Source of the DNA: Asterias rubens
Lineage: Eukaryota
Direction of reading: 5' to 3'
NCBI RefSeq assembly: GCF_902459465.1
Contig: NC_047083.1
Coordinates: forward strand, 2,728,001-2,792,000
DNA: 64,000 nucleotides
Shown piece by piece: positions 1-12,391 of the stretch; the stretch's first letter is position 1; each line of letters starts with the position of its first letter. The notes below the pieces were generated by a model that was not told where the DNA came from, ran no database searches, and saw nothing but the letters and a program-made list of their open reading frames with translations. The position numbers and the translations under genes are program-made.

Positions 1-374
1 TATTTATAGTTTATTCTTATCTGGTATACCCTCCCGTTAAATGTAATACAATTGGTGAAAGGTTTTAATTGATTAATTTTTTGTTAAGCTCAGTTACTTG
101 AACTATGTCAATTATGTCTATATACTCGACAGCAAGATGTAAAATGCACGTTGCATAAAAGGAAAAAATAGGTACAGTGTACCACACAGCAGTCTCAAAT
201 AAAAAAAAGTCAATGTTTAAACTAAAACCGATTGTGTCTGTGATTATTTGACGAAATGCCACGACCTGGACTCGAACTAACCCATCCTCTACTGATCAGA
301 ACCAGGGCCTAATTTCATAGCGCTGCTAAACTGCACAAGTTGCTATTTCATAGCGTTGCTTAGTCTTGGTTACT

Positions 375-468
375 CGTAACGTAACAAAACGTAACGTAAC
401 ATAACGTAACGTAACGTAACGTAATGTACCGTAACGTAACATAACGCAACGTAAACGTAATGTAACGT
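375..468. repeat. (CGTAA)n pentamer microsatellite
   Basis: Imperfect run of GTAAC units. Confidence 0.9.
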
Positions 469-772
469 GATTACCAGACAGACGGCATCCTTTTCTTCTT
501 CATTTCATTTGGGTTGACGACTGTGGAAGCTGGAAATTGAACTTATAATTGCCTTGCGTATAGCTAACGGGCGATACGACGCACTGCCTGTAGTGAGGCT
601 GGGAAATAATCCATGCATAGGTCTTGGAACCAAGACTAAGCCACAAAAAGGCATTCTGACCTTCTGTTACCTTCATGAAAATGAATGACGCAAAACAATG
701 TAACTCCATGGTGAACGTACAAGCTGGCACGCTATTTTTCTTTTCTAACCTTCAAAATTAGGTTGTCTTTTA

Positions 773-1110
773 GGTGGCATGGTTGGCTTGTGCGTAAAGC
801 GCTCGCCTCTCACCAAGGTGACCCCGGTTCGACTCCCGGTCGGGGCCATTTGTGAGTTGAGTTGTGCGTTGGTTCTCTGCTGTGCCACGAGGGTTTTCCA
901 GACAATCCGGTTTTCCTCCCTTAGGAAAAAATTCAAACACTTTCAATCTTGGCTGTGCTCCGTGGTCATAATGGGTTGATGTGGCTGGCAGCTGAATGCG
1001 CCCTTGCATGCCTGCTTCTCGAACACGTTGTAGCCGCGTCCTTCGCAATTCAGCTCTAGCTGCGAGTAAGGACGATTAGTCCCCCAAATTATTATTATTA
1101 TTATAATAAG
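773..1110 (+). mobile_element. tRNA-derived SINE (family S1)
   Basis: B-box-like GGTTCGACTCCC at about 827 and an (ATT)n tail at about 1088-1108. A reverse-complement copy lies at about 10330-10660. Confidence 0.75.
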
Positions 1111-1411
1111 CCTAGCTATAGTTAGGCCTGCTATAGTGAGCACAGAAATTGGCTCCAGAGCTCGAGTCTGGTGCACTTAACAGCTCGGCCACGACACACA
1201 ACAAAAATAAAAATGTAAGACAAAAAGCGACAACAAAAGTTGTTATTTTACACTTACTGATAAGGTCTTTAATATTAGTGTTTATATTTCTCATACAATT
1301 AAATGGTTAACATATCAGACTACCATTAACAAGTTAAAAATAATGTACATAAATTAAGTCATCAATCTACACCAGTATGGCTTCTATATTTGGGGGAAAG
1401 CCAAAGGTGGG

Positions 1412-1590
1412 TGTTCAGGTTGGTATAGTGGCGTCTGGCCTCGCCTTTCACCTCGCGAACCCTGGTTCAAATCCCACCGGGGGCACTATGTGGATTGGCT
1501 TTTCAGTCCCTACCTGACTGCTTGGGTTTTCCCGGGAATAACTTTCTAGGGCTTTCCTCCCATGTCTAAAACCGAAACCTCTTCATCGTC
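1412..1590 (+). mobile_element. tRNA-derived SINE fragment
   Basis: A-box-like GGTATAGTGG, B-box-like GGTTCAAATCCC, and a body resembling family S1 (tatgtggattgg...gggttttccc...ttcctcc). Confidence 0.55.
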
Positions 1591-1719
1591 TTCTCTCTCA
1601 TGCGCGTCAAACGCGACGACTGATGCCACGCTCACCATGTTGGTGGGCAGTTAGGTTTACGTGTATTAACGCCGCATCGCCTAAAATGTGCACTTCACTG
1701 CATAACGCACAGCATAGAG

Positions 1720-1976
1720 TTATATATAAAAACGCACAGTGAATTGCCCACCAGTATGGCGCATTCAAGATTTTTCTGATGATGACGTCAGGTGAAATGG
1801 GTCATTAGACCCCTTGCATAACGTGAAAACAGTACACTGACGTGCACATTTTCACGCACATAGAACAGCTATCGTCCAATCATTTGCCTCCTTTGACCCC
1901 AGTGAGGGCACTTTTTAACCTCAGTGAGGGTGTCTTTTGAGCGTGTGACGTCCATCACATGCAAGGGGTCCAATGG
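1720..1976. mobile_element. Non-autonomous DNA element(s) with ATTAGACCCC/GGGGTCCAAT-type ends
   Basis: Inverted ends at about 1803 and 1976. Closely related sequence occurs in reverse at about 19735-19915. Confidence 0.5.
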
Positions 1977-2332
1977 GTTCAGCGACTTAGTTCGCTTTTC
2001 TGAGAGTCCGTTGCTTCACAACCAGAATCAATCAATAAATGAAATGAAGAGGAGTCAGTAGAAATTAACTCTTACAAAGTAACCGTGGACAAAATTCCAA
2101 CTTGATTTTGAAAAGTTGATACTAGCAGATCGTTATATTTGATATCCACACAAAATCTATCCTTTCGATTCGGTAAAGAGCTTTTAAAAATGTTTTGTAA
2201 TAAACCAGTATTAAACAAATTATGAATCAAGATTCAAGGTTAGTGCACCTTTAATCCCTCCCTTAGAGGGAGGGTTTCCTAATAAAGAAGTCACCAAAAA
2301 TATTGACAAAATAGGGGGGACTGCCACCATAG

Positions 2333-2405
2333 GGCTAGATAGCTCAGTTAGTAGAGCGCCGGCAAGTTAATCCGGAGGTCGTTGGTTCGATTCCCACTCT
2401 AGTCA
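2333..2405 (+). pseudogene. tRNA-like cloverleaf (tRNA pseudogene or SINE head; GTT at anticodon position)
   Basis: Acceptor stem GGCTAGA/TCTAGTC, D-arm GCTC-AGTTAGTA-GAGC and T-loop TTCGATT. Positions 32/33 are AA rather than YT, and there are stem mismatches, so it is unlikely to be a functional tRNA. Confidence 0.6.
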
Positions 2406-3289
2406 ACATTCTTTGTTCAACCCCAAAATCATTTAAAAGTAAATGATTTCAAAGATTCGATCTTAAAAGCTCAAATAAGGTGCCAGAGAGTGCTCCTTTA
2501 ATTTGTCCCTTAAAGGTGGAGTCCATCTATAGAGGAAGCTTCTACAAATTAACGACTTCCCAAAATCTTTCTGAACAAACGACTTACTGTTTAACGACAA
2601 TTCCCCACATCCTTGGGAATGACGTCAAAACAAAACCAAGCGTTTGTTTTGAGAAGCAACGTCGGGGTCATCAATTCTTGAACAAAATGACAATCGCTTC
2701 TTCTAGACTTGCTAAGTATACTTGGTGACACATACTTAAGATGTCAAAATTTTGTTCATGGATAATTGGGAGATGACAAAGGCACCCCTCCCTCCCCTTT
2801 TTGCTGCCGCACCCTTTCTTTCCTCAACACCCAAACAAGACAAGAACAATATGGTTGTGCTGTTCAGACTAGAATTGCCAACCCTTGCAAACACCCAGGG
2901 AATAGCCATTTGCCGCACCCTTTCCTCCACACCAAAACAAGACAAGAACAGTGCAGCTGCCCTGTTTTTTCCCCATTAAAGATAATACACAGTGAAGCAT
3001 TGTTATTCATTTGAAAAACACAAGACCAAAGTCTGGCCTGAAGTTAAATGGCCCTTGTGTTAAAATCATTGACCTATGGCTTGAAGTACAATGTTTTTTT
3101 CGAGCCCTGGCCCTTCTTTTCTGTCATGTAAAATATGTAGAAGTCAGCAATTTTGACGCCTTTAAAATTTACAAAAAACTTTTAGACACGCTATTATTGC
3201 CAGATCCTGCCTGGCATCCTTTATACCTAATGTCTACATGGTATTAAACCTCCTACTCTTGGGATTGTTTTCCAGCAAGTTGACCGACC

Positions 3290-3655
3290 ATTTGAAACCA
3301 TTCAACTGTATGGTGGCACAACTGTGCACAGAACTGACTGTGTACTGTGTAATATGCATTCACCACATGTTATCGTATTGCAGGCTGGTATAATTTATCT
3401 ATCATTTAAAACCACAGTGGATAATATTAAAAGGTCACACAGTAGAAAGGTTGACTTACCCGTCTGGGCTCATTTATCCAGAATTCAAAACCAAAGTGGA
3501 TGATTTTGAAAAGTCTGACAGTAGGAGGGTTGACTATGTAGTGTAGATGCATTCACAACTTAAGGTATCATTATTGCAGGTTGGCAGAGTTTATATCATT
3601 CAAAACCACAGGCAGTAATTATAATAAATGGTCACACAGTAGGAGGGTTAATTCC
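3290..3655. repeat. Degenerate tandem array of a dispersed repeat (aaaaccacag...gtaggagggttgact)
   Basis: Several diverged units. The same family occurs at 4454-4515, about 61150-61310 and about 61945-61995. Confidence 0.65.
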
Positions 3656-4276
3656 TTCAATGCTGATAAACGTTTATATATAGTATCATGACACTCGGTA
3701 ATAAATATTTTGATTGATATAAAAAAAAGGAAAATGAAAAGAAATAAATTTGATGATCTACAAATCCTCAGGTAAGTATTTACATCTTTAAATCATAACT
3801 ATCAATGAATCAAATGCGTTAACTTTGAATCGACAAAGCGCCCTCTAACGGAAATTGCTGCTAACTTTAAATTCAAATTCTTTTTAACCAATCCATCTAA
3901 ATAAAAAAACGGATGGTTGCCCTATGAGACAATTCTACTCGAGACACATAAAAAAAATGGAAAAAAAAAAAAAAATGTCCACTCAATCTGCGCCAATCTT
4001 CAAATTTGTACAGCGCACTCCATAGTCAGATGACATACTTAACGTAATACCTTTTTTTGAATACTAATTAATGTTAAAAATCGTGAAAATCCAGAAAGTT
4101 TACATACAGTTAGGGCACATACGATGACGATAACGCGTGACTTATTGAGACCACAAACCCACAACACTTGATGATGAAGAATATATTGGTAGAAATTACA
4201 CACTGTGAGAGACAAAAACAAAAATTCATATGTATTAAAAACATCAGAAAGTTGACAATCTGTAAAGATGAAATTG

Positions 4277-4453
4277 CATGCCTGATACTTCACGGAGGCA
4301 ACGGAAGCGATTGCCTCCATGCCCCCTGGTCATTGCCTTGGTGCCCTTGAAATGCTACAGCAGAAATTTACAATTTCATCATAGGGTGCCCTTTACCAAG
4401 GAGAAAATGACTTAGTGCCCTTTGCCCCCTAAAAACGAAAGCATACAGCCCTG
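4277..4453 (-). mobile_element. About 175-bp MITE with CAGGCCTG-like ends (gggcac-rich)
   Basis: Related copies at about 6975-7170, 13579-13755, 8860-9050, 15700-15790, 19930-20015 and 44050-44175. Confidence 0.7.
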
Positions 4454-4474
4454 ACAGTGGATTATATTAAATGG

Positions 4475-7400
4475 TCATAGAGTAGGAGGGTTAACTAACC
4501 TGTCTGGACTCATTTGGTTGATGTTATGTCGGCGCGCTGCCCTTTGTCGGTCAAATCTTGCTTCCATCTCTTCCAAAACCTTCGGTGTGTATCGAACGAC
4601 AAGCTTGACCCTGTCCTTGGCCGATTTCAAAAGTTCTACAGCTTTTTCATGTTGTTCTCCTTCAACGGACTATACCAAAAAATAATAACTAAAGGTAGTC
4701 AAGGCACTTTACAGATATAAAGATGTAAAACACGAAGCCATTAAACATGCCGATATAAAACATCTTTAAACAGAAAAAGGAACTTTGTGATCCTCTTAAA
4801 AACACGCGTAAACGTAACCACTAAAAAACTTAAACTATAGTGCTGCAAAAACAGGCCACAATACAATAGGCCTAATACAAGAAAACACAATTTAGAAATT
4901 AACTGACAGCTGTAAACCTGAACATAAGTTCTGAAACTTCTAAAGTACTGAAAACTAATGACCTGTCTCTAAAATGTACAATAATAAAAATAGAAAAATT
5001 ACTAAGAGTTAAATTAAATATACAAGAAATCAATCAATAAAACAAAAACCACACAAGATGATAATAAATGATAACAGAGCTCCGAGAAGTTTAAGACCGA
5101 AACCGCCTCCCAAATGAGACTACAAAAATCTATGTATAGATTATGGTTGAGTGCCTTGCTCACAGGCACAAGTGTCTTGACCACACTCTGCTGCTGACAA
5201 CACCGGAGCTTGGATCCGGTAATCTCAGCCATGACACGCAACAAATACATAATAAAAACAATATCAACAATAACAGTAATAGGTATTTATAAAGCGCCTT
5301 TACAAAGAGATCAAAGCGCTGAACAGAAAGACGAGAATCAAGAAGACAAAGATGAGCGTTACGAGAACAAAAATATTTAAAGGNNNNNNNNNNNNNNNNN
5401 NNNNNNNNNNNNNNNNNNNNNNNNNNNNNNNNNNNNNNNNNNNNNNNNNNNNNNNNNNNNNNNNNNNNNNNNNNNNNNNNNNNNNNNNNNNNNNNNNNNN
5501 NNNNNNNNNNNNNNNNNNNNNNNNNNNNNNNNNNNNNNNNNNNNNNNNNNNNNNNNNNNNNNNNNNNNNNNNNNNNNNNNNNNNNNNNNNNGTGATAAAA
5601 CATGTCTCTGTACGCTGCAGAGAAAAAAGACAACAAAATACAAATACATGTAGGTACCAAACAAAAATTCATGAATAAAATTTCTAAATAGGTGCGTCTT
5701 TAAAGCTATCTTAAACTTATCAATGGAATCGATGTAGAAGATAGGCGATAGAAGGAGCCTTTCTGATAATAATTTCTTACAATTCCGTTGACGGACAACA
5801 ACTGGTCTCCTCTCTTCAGCCCTCTGTGTCGGTCCGCCACGCCACCGGGGATGATTCTTGAGATGTAGATGGGTGAGTTCTGCTCCCGGCCCCCCATTAC
5901 GTTGAAGCCAAGCCCCTCATCTGTCTTGGGGAGTTCGACGACACGAGGATGGGCGTGGCCTTCACTTGCTGCGAAGGCTGCTACTGTTGCCTTTAGAAAA
6001 GGGGGTTGAAAAGTGCGACTACAAGTTAGGATCAGTTTCTGATTGTTATAGGGATAGTTAAATTGTTTGACAGTCTTTGCAACATTATAAACTTATTTTT
6101 TAAAGATTTAAACTTTGCCTGGGCCTCATTTTAAAACAGATGTGATAGGCTATGGAAAAAAACCCTGGAACCATTAGCGCAAAGGGTGAAAGCTTGCGAG
6201 TGCAAAAGCTTGCGGGTTCGAAGCCTGCTTACTTAATTTATCTTTGGTTTTGAAAGCACTACTCTAAAATATAGAGGGTTTCATTTATGCTTCTGTCTTC
6301 ATTTTCTTAATGAATTTGATCTAAGCTATAAAATATAATAATAAAAAAAAAAAAATCCCTGATAAAGCAGCACAAAGAGATCTTCCTACTTAAATGCAGG
6401 GTACTAGGCAAAGTGCCATGTTGACTTTTAAGGATTGATTTCTTCGTAACATCAAGACCAAACCAGCTCTCTTTCAGAGCCAACACTCCGTAAAAGAGAA
6501 TTATTACATGGTTGTTTATGTACCAGCAAGTTTACTACTATTTATAGTTTATTCTTAGGATTGACCGTTTGTTGATCATGAAAAAGTTTCTGTGTTTTCA
6601 GAGGAGTCCAGACTATCTTACTTTTGCCGTTGCATTCGCTCTTATCTCCGGATCACCCTGTATGTCCACCGTCTCGTAGACGTGCTCGTAAACTTCTCGC
6701 ACTGCGGTGAAGAACTCACTCTCCAGAACCTTTTGAAGTGCTATGAGTTTTGGCGAAGGTATATCACGAGCTAAAAGGCAGGAAAAACGAGGATGTCAGA
6801 AAAGTATAATCATAAAAACTTGGACTGAATTTCCCAATTAGAGCGAGGGACAATGACCTTCACATGTATTTTTTAGCCCTTCTAGAACAGACAGACTAAC
6901 CTGTGAGACAGACTAATTTACCCTCGAGCCTCAATTTCATCCCTCTGATGTGAATATAAACATTCTATAAGACAGTCAGGTCTGTGCTTCGTTTTTGAAA
7001 GGGCAAGGGCACCCAGGCATTTTCTCCTTGGTAAAGACACCCTACATGCCCCATGAGAAAATTGTAAACTTTTACTTGAGCATTTCAGGGGCACAAAGGC
7101 CATTAATGACCAGGGGGCATGGAGGCAATCGCCTTTGTTGCCTCCGTGGAGTAATGTACATGTTTCAGGCCTGCAGCCGATTTCACGAAACTTTACGCAA
7201 CTGCGTAAGTCCACTTGCGCACTGTTTATTGCGTAAGTTGCGCCATAAACGTTGCGCAAGTGGACTTACGCAGTTGCGTAAAGTTTCGTGAAATCTGAGT
7301 GATAAAGGTCTATTCCTTTTGACAACATTAGGTACAAGAATAATTTACCCTAGATCCTCAGTTTCATCTTTGAATGTAAAAAAAGTTTTGCCTGGATAAA

Positions 7401-10400
7401 CATTCTACAAGACAGTCGGGGTCTAAGCCACAAAACGTAGCAAGTCTGGTCTGGTGCAATCACAGAGGATGCAGGGACAGGACGCAATGACGGGATTACC
7501 CTATTACGCTAAGTCCCTGAGGCCCAAGTGTTTAAGGTCTAATTCACAACTTCCCAAGTTTTTAAGTGATACGGTGGAAGGGGGTTACTAAATTTAGATT
7601 GGTGCGGCTAAAACATGTATGTATTCCTAACTAAAACACTATGCAATAATGGTAGAATAAAACGGGAAAAAATATACCCTTGCTTAGTCCTCACAAACAA
7701 CATGCCTGCACGATGCAACAAAATTAGGAGGGATAACTTTTTAGTTGATCTACTCACCCTGTTGAAGATGTTGAAGAAGCGCAATAGCTCTTGAGACATC
7801 TGCAAAACACGAGAAATTACCGGTCGTTAACATTCTGATAAATTTTGAAACAGTTTTGGACGATCTTCCAAGATACTCGAGGTGATCCTTCAATGGCTCG
7901 TTATAAAGACCTGTCAAAATTTATAACTCCGAGAAAACTGTCACTGTTTCAATTCTCAATCTATCTTGAGATGACTTTTGTGGCAGGGGACGCAAGATAT
8001 TAATTTCCTTGAAGACTTTGCAGTGAACGATTTCCCTTGTATAGCAGAGCAAAATGTTACACAAAAGGTTTCACTTGCTACTCAACCAACCGAGATTTGC
8101 TAACTCAATGTCAGCATCCAGTGTGCACACAACAGGTTCAGTCTTTAGATGCAAAATTGCTGGACGAAATCCTTCCCCGACCTGTAAGAGTTGTCAAATC
8201 TCTAGCAGGAAAAGGAACTTATGAGGTAGATCAATGTCCAGCACCGACCGGACAGCAGAAATGTTGAGGCTTGACTCGATCCAAAACAAACCAGGGCCCA
8301 GTTTCATAGGGCTGCTGCTTAAGCACCAAAAAGAAGCTATGCACAACAAAATTATGCTTACCAGTCAAACTATCACGTCACAGTTTGTGACTGGTATCCT
8401 GCACGTTTCTGCTTAGCAGACAAATGTTGAGCAATATTTCATGCTTAAGCAGCTCTATGAAATTGGGCCCTGTTCTTTTCTGGCTCTGTGGTGACGACAC
8501 AGTGTCCCCCCAAATGACGCTGAAGTATCTCCTACATGTACTCCCAGAGAGGAAGTTTAAGACAAGGTGGGGTCAAGGAAACTCCTTGATGTTTCATCTC
8601 GAATTACCGAAGACAATCTTTGAGTTGCAAGACATCACTATCAATTTCAATAGACTGCGTAAGCCTCGAGAAAATTCATCAAAACAAAGAACATATATTT
8701 TTCCTGAAATTTTTATTTTTTTTATGAAGAAATGTGAACAATAAAAATATTCATTACAAATTCTGACCGACAAATATAAAGGCTTTTCATCCCACTGGAC
8801 CAGTAGAAATTTATATTGCTCTTAGCCCAACTTGGCGCCCTTTCAGAAATTGTCCATTCACAAGCATGGAACTTCATCATTGAGAGGAGGGAAAGGCCAT
8901 TTTCATTTTGTACAATCTTAAAGTCTATATAAAACTTTTGAAGGGCAACCAAGGCCAAGAGCAGGGCAACAGAGCCTGTGGCAGGTCTGTATTGAAAGTG
9001 CCCTTTGCAAAATAAAAATGGCCTTGTCCTCTCAAAGATGAAACTCATGGCCTATACTTAACAGGGTCAACATGGTCAACTGTTTGGTACATGTAGGAGA
9101 ATTAAAGGAACACGTTGCCTTGGATCGGACGAGTTGGTCTATAAAAAGCATTTGTAACCGTTTTTTATCAAAATTGCATATGGTTGGAAAGATGTCTTAA
9201 AAGTAGAATACAATGATCCACACAAGTTTGCCTCGAAATTGCGTAGTTTTCCTTTTACTGTGCGAACTAACAAGGTCGGCCATTTGTGGGAGTCAACAAA
9301 TTTGACTCCCATAAATTGCCGACCGTGTTAGTCGATGAGGTAAAAGGAAAACCGTGCAATTTCGAGGCATGTTTGTGTGGATCATTGTATTCTACTTTTA
9401 CAACATCTTTCTAACCATATCGATTTTATAACAAACGGTTACAAACGCTTTTCATAGACCAACTCGACCGATCCAAGGCACTGTGTTCCTTTAATGTCAA
9501 TCTACATGATGCAGGCTGCATCCTTCACCCCCTGGTCTGGTGGGGATAACACAAGACTTTGCACTAGAGGAAGCTTCATCAATCTAATGTGCGTCAAACT
9601 GCGTCTGGTTGTGTGAGATACATGCAGGCTTATAAATCATTCTATACAAGGGGGAATGCAGTTTTTTCCTGGTGAAGTTTTTATCAGGATTCAGCTCCCC
9701 ATGCACAAGCTGGCCAATTGGGCCGATACGTGCTAATTTCAGTCTGTCAAGATTTAGGCCAAATAAAAAAAATACCAGTTGATCGTTCCCACCCACACCC
9801 TTTTTGGGAGCCGCATCCTTTCTTTAACTATATCATGTACTATTTTTTATTTTCGATGTTTTAAATTAGTTTTTAAATCCATCCATTCGAAAGGACTGGC
9901 CTAAAGGCTTTTCCCGAATCTAACGAGATGCTCTCAAAATTAGTGAATGCCTACTACCAGCAAACCTTTTTAATGTAATAATCTGACCCTGTGGTTAACC
10001 TGGGTCCTCATGCAACAAACAGAACTAAAATAAGTTCAAAGAATTTGTGGCCTGTTCGATTTTAAACACTAAGCGTCCATCTTGGAAACAAAATAAAAAA
10101 TAAAAAGGCCCTCATCTTCCTCTTTTAGGAAAAATCCGGACGATCAACTGGTATTTTTTTTTATTTGGCCTTATTTGCGTTTATTGTAAAATCAACTCGA
10201 TTTTTTCACCAATAGGCCTAGTGGACCCAGTCGATACACAAAAAAACTAATTTTTTGTTTACAAAAATCATCCAAGATATAACCATTTATAATGCTCTAG
10301 AATGCACATTATCTATTCCAAACCTAGATACACCAAATAATAATAATAAAAATAACTCAAGGGGGGGCTTACTCGCAGCTAAGAGCTGAATTGCGAAGGA

Positions 10401-11918
10401 CACGGCTACAACGTGTTCGAGAAGCAGGCTTGCAAGGGCGTCTTTGGCTGCCAGCCACATCAACCCGTTATAACCACGGAGCACAGCCAAAGATCGAAAG
10501 TGTTTGATTTTTCCTGAGTGAAGGAAAACCCGGATGGTCTGGCAAACCCTCGTGGCACAGCAGAGAACCAACTCACAACTCAACTCACAATGGCCCTGGC
10601 TGGGAATCGAACCGGGGTCACCTTGGCGAGCGCTTTACGCACAAGCCAACCATTCCACAACATTCTAAAGACCTTGTTTCAATTCAGCATACCTTGGCCA
10701 AACTTATAGTCTGACAATTGATTGGATTTGGAATTGCACAGAACAAAAATTAATTAAGGCATGCTTTGGTTTGCCCAATCTTTGGGGACACAATTTCCTT
10801 CCTCCTGCTGCCAGAGGCCCAGTCACATCGCTAGAACTAGGTAAAACTGTATTGGGGTGACAAGGGGATGCACAGGTTGAAGTGGCCACTTCTGGCTCAT
10901 TAAAACTTAAGTTTTCGTTTGCACTATTTTCTAAAACACTGTCATCTTTTTTTCCCCCAAACTTTCTTTTATCCCATTGTGGAGGCCAAAACGAAGCCAA
11001 GAAAAATGATGGTGAATGTGATAGAGAAATATGATTGGTCCCATTCAGCTTTCACGTCAGCTGCTGGCCACGAACATGGCATGGTGTGCCAGAGTTTGTA
11101 GCACGCGTATCTCTGTGCACGCCACTAATCACCAGCCTTCCGAGTTTTGCCTCAAGTGGCTAGTACTGAAACTCTGGAGCCCCTCCCCCCCCCATGGAAA
11201 AGTGTCCGTCTTTGCGATTGTCTTCCATCTCCGCCTGCCCGGGGCCCCTGAGCCCGCGAGATGCCTGTTTTTGTGCCGTCAAAGAATGTTTGGAAAAGTT
11301 TCCGTATGGCATAACCACTTTTTTATTCGATATGATTATGAAATAATATCTAATTTACCTCAATGAGATATCCCTTTTAGTACAAAAGGGTGAACAAGTT
11401 GTGGCGCCATACGGAAAGTTATCCAAATGTTTGGTGTGGCTGTGCCGTCACAGAATGTTTGCCCTCCTGCCACCACCCCCCCCCCCATCCCATCCCGTGT
11501 GCAGAACGGCCCTGTGTCTGTGTGCATCCACACAACACGAGCTTGCCCGCCCTGGACACCCCGTACTACTCTACTACCATACAATTATCCCAATATGAAC
11601 CCCACCTATCTCGCCCCAAATTGAGTCAGGGCAGGCATTTTCTTTTCTTATGACAATGACATCAATCAATGACAATCAATTCATCATCATGACTTCGTTC
11701 GTCAAATTCGTAACTTCTTATTCTTAACTTTAATTGTAAAATACGATCTCAAAGTACACTTTTAGAAGGTAGAATTTAACCCAAAATACTTTCAAAGTTA
11801 AGCTCATATTGTGTGCTACCATAACAATAATTCAAATTGATAAAAATTCTGAGCAATTAATAACAAAATGAGGGATTTCCTTACCTCTTTCAAGCGTCAA
11901 CTCAGCAGTGGTCGCCAT
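4475..11918 (-). CDS. LIN7: Protein lin-7 homolog (L27 + PDZ), about 209 aa
   Basis: Exons 11918-11885, 7799-7758, 6770-6622, 5990-5781 and 4669-4475; all introns GT-AG and phases consistent. Translation [21 protein letters not shown]...[19 protein letters not shown]...[54 protein letters not shown]...[15 protein letters not shown] matches LIN7. The 3' end is uncertain: stop at 4475 by read-through, or a donor after 4500. Confidence 0.95.
5384..5591. other. Assembly gap (208 N) in LIN7 intron 4
   Basis: Run of N. The left flank ends TTAAAGG, like the start of the Kolobok-type MITEs in this window. Confidence 0.98.
7165..7297. mobile_element. Palindromic MITE (GATTTCACGAAAC...GTTTCGTGAAATC)
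   Basis: Long inverted arms gatttcacgaaactttacgcaactgcgtaagtccacttgcgca / tgcgcaagtggacttacgcagttgcgtaaagtttcgtgaaatc. Confidence 0.8.
9106..9490. mobile_element. Kolobok-type MITE family B (AGGAACAC...GTGTTCCT, TTAA TSD)
   Basis: TTAA at 9102-9105 and 9491-9494, with TIR of about 30 bp. RR..YY ends with a TTAA TSD is the Kolobok signature. Confidence 0.85.
10330..10660 (-). mobile_element. tRNA-derived SINE (family S1), reverse copy
   Basis: Reverse complement of 773-1110. Confidence 0.75.
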
Positions 11919-12391
11919 TTTGCTTGTGAGCTGTGACGTCATGATCATCTACGGCGCGCGTAGTTCGGAGGTCATTCGAGGGACTTTAAACTTTTTTGTA
12001 GGGGTGGTCATGTGGAATTAATGAATTTCACACAATCTTTGATTCACGAAATATTTGATGATCACATTAACTAAAAAGGTTTTCAAAATGTCGTTGATGA
12101 AATATTTCTAGCTGGTTGAAAGTTCTACTTTACATAATAAAATATCAACCCCCAAATTCCCAGGCGAAATTTGATCCCACACCCGGCAGGGCCCGCCCAC
12201 TCTGTCTCTCCTCGATGAACGAAATCTGAAATGGAAAAGTTAAAGACCGCCCTCTGTTGGTTCTTTGATATAATTTCGACAACATGGCGACCTCCATGGA
12301 TCTTCGATCCAAGTGAAGAAGTCGGCGAAAACACCTTAAAACTTTGTCAATAAGAGATTTATTTTTGCGGTAGCAAAAATATCTGCTTGAA
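11919..12391. promoter_or_regulatory. Probable bidirectional promoter region LIN7/SAMM50
   Basis: 473 nt between divergent start codons. CRE TGACGTCA at 11934-11941, GC box CCCGCCC at 12192-12198, and YY1-type AANATGGCG at 12281 and at the LIN7 ATG. Confidence 0.7.

Noticed and set aside
1776-1803. CTGATGA...GAAA as a hammerhead ribozyme
   Set aside because: No proper stem II loop or stem I. It is the subterminal part of a DNA element also seen at about 19735-19800.
2333-2405. Functional tRNA-Asn gene
   Set aside because: Lacks U33, has mismatches in the anticodon and T stems, and the acceptor stem is unlike tRNA-Asn.
5160-5678. ORFs of 95-170 aa
   Set aside because: Artefacts of translating across the 208-N gap.
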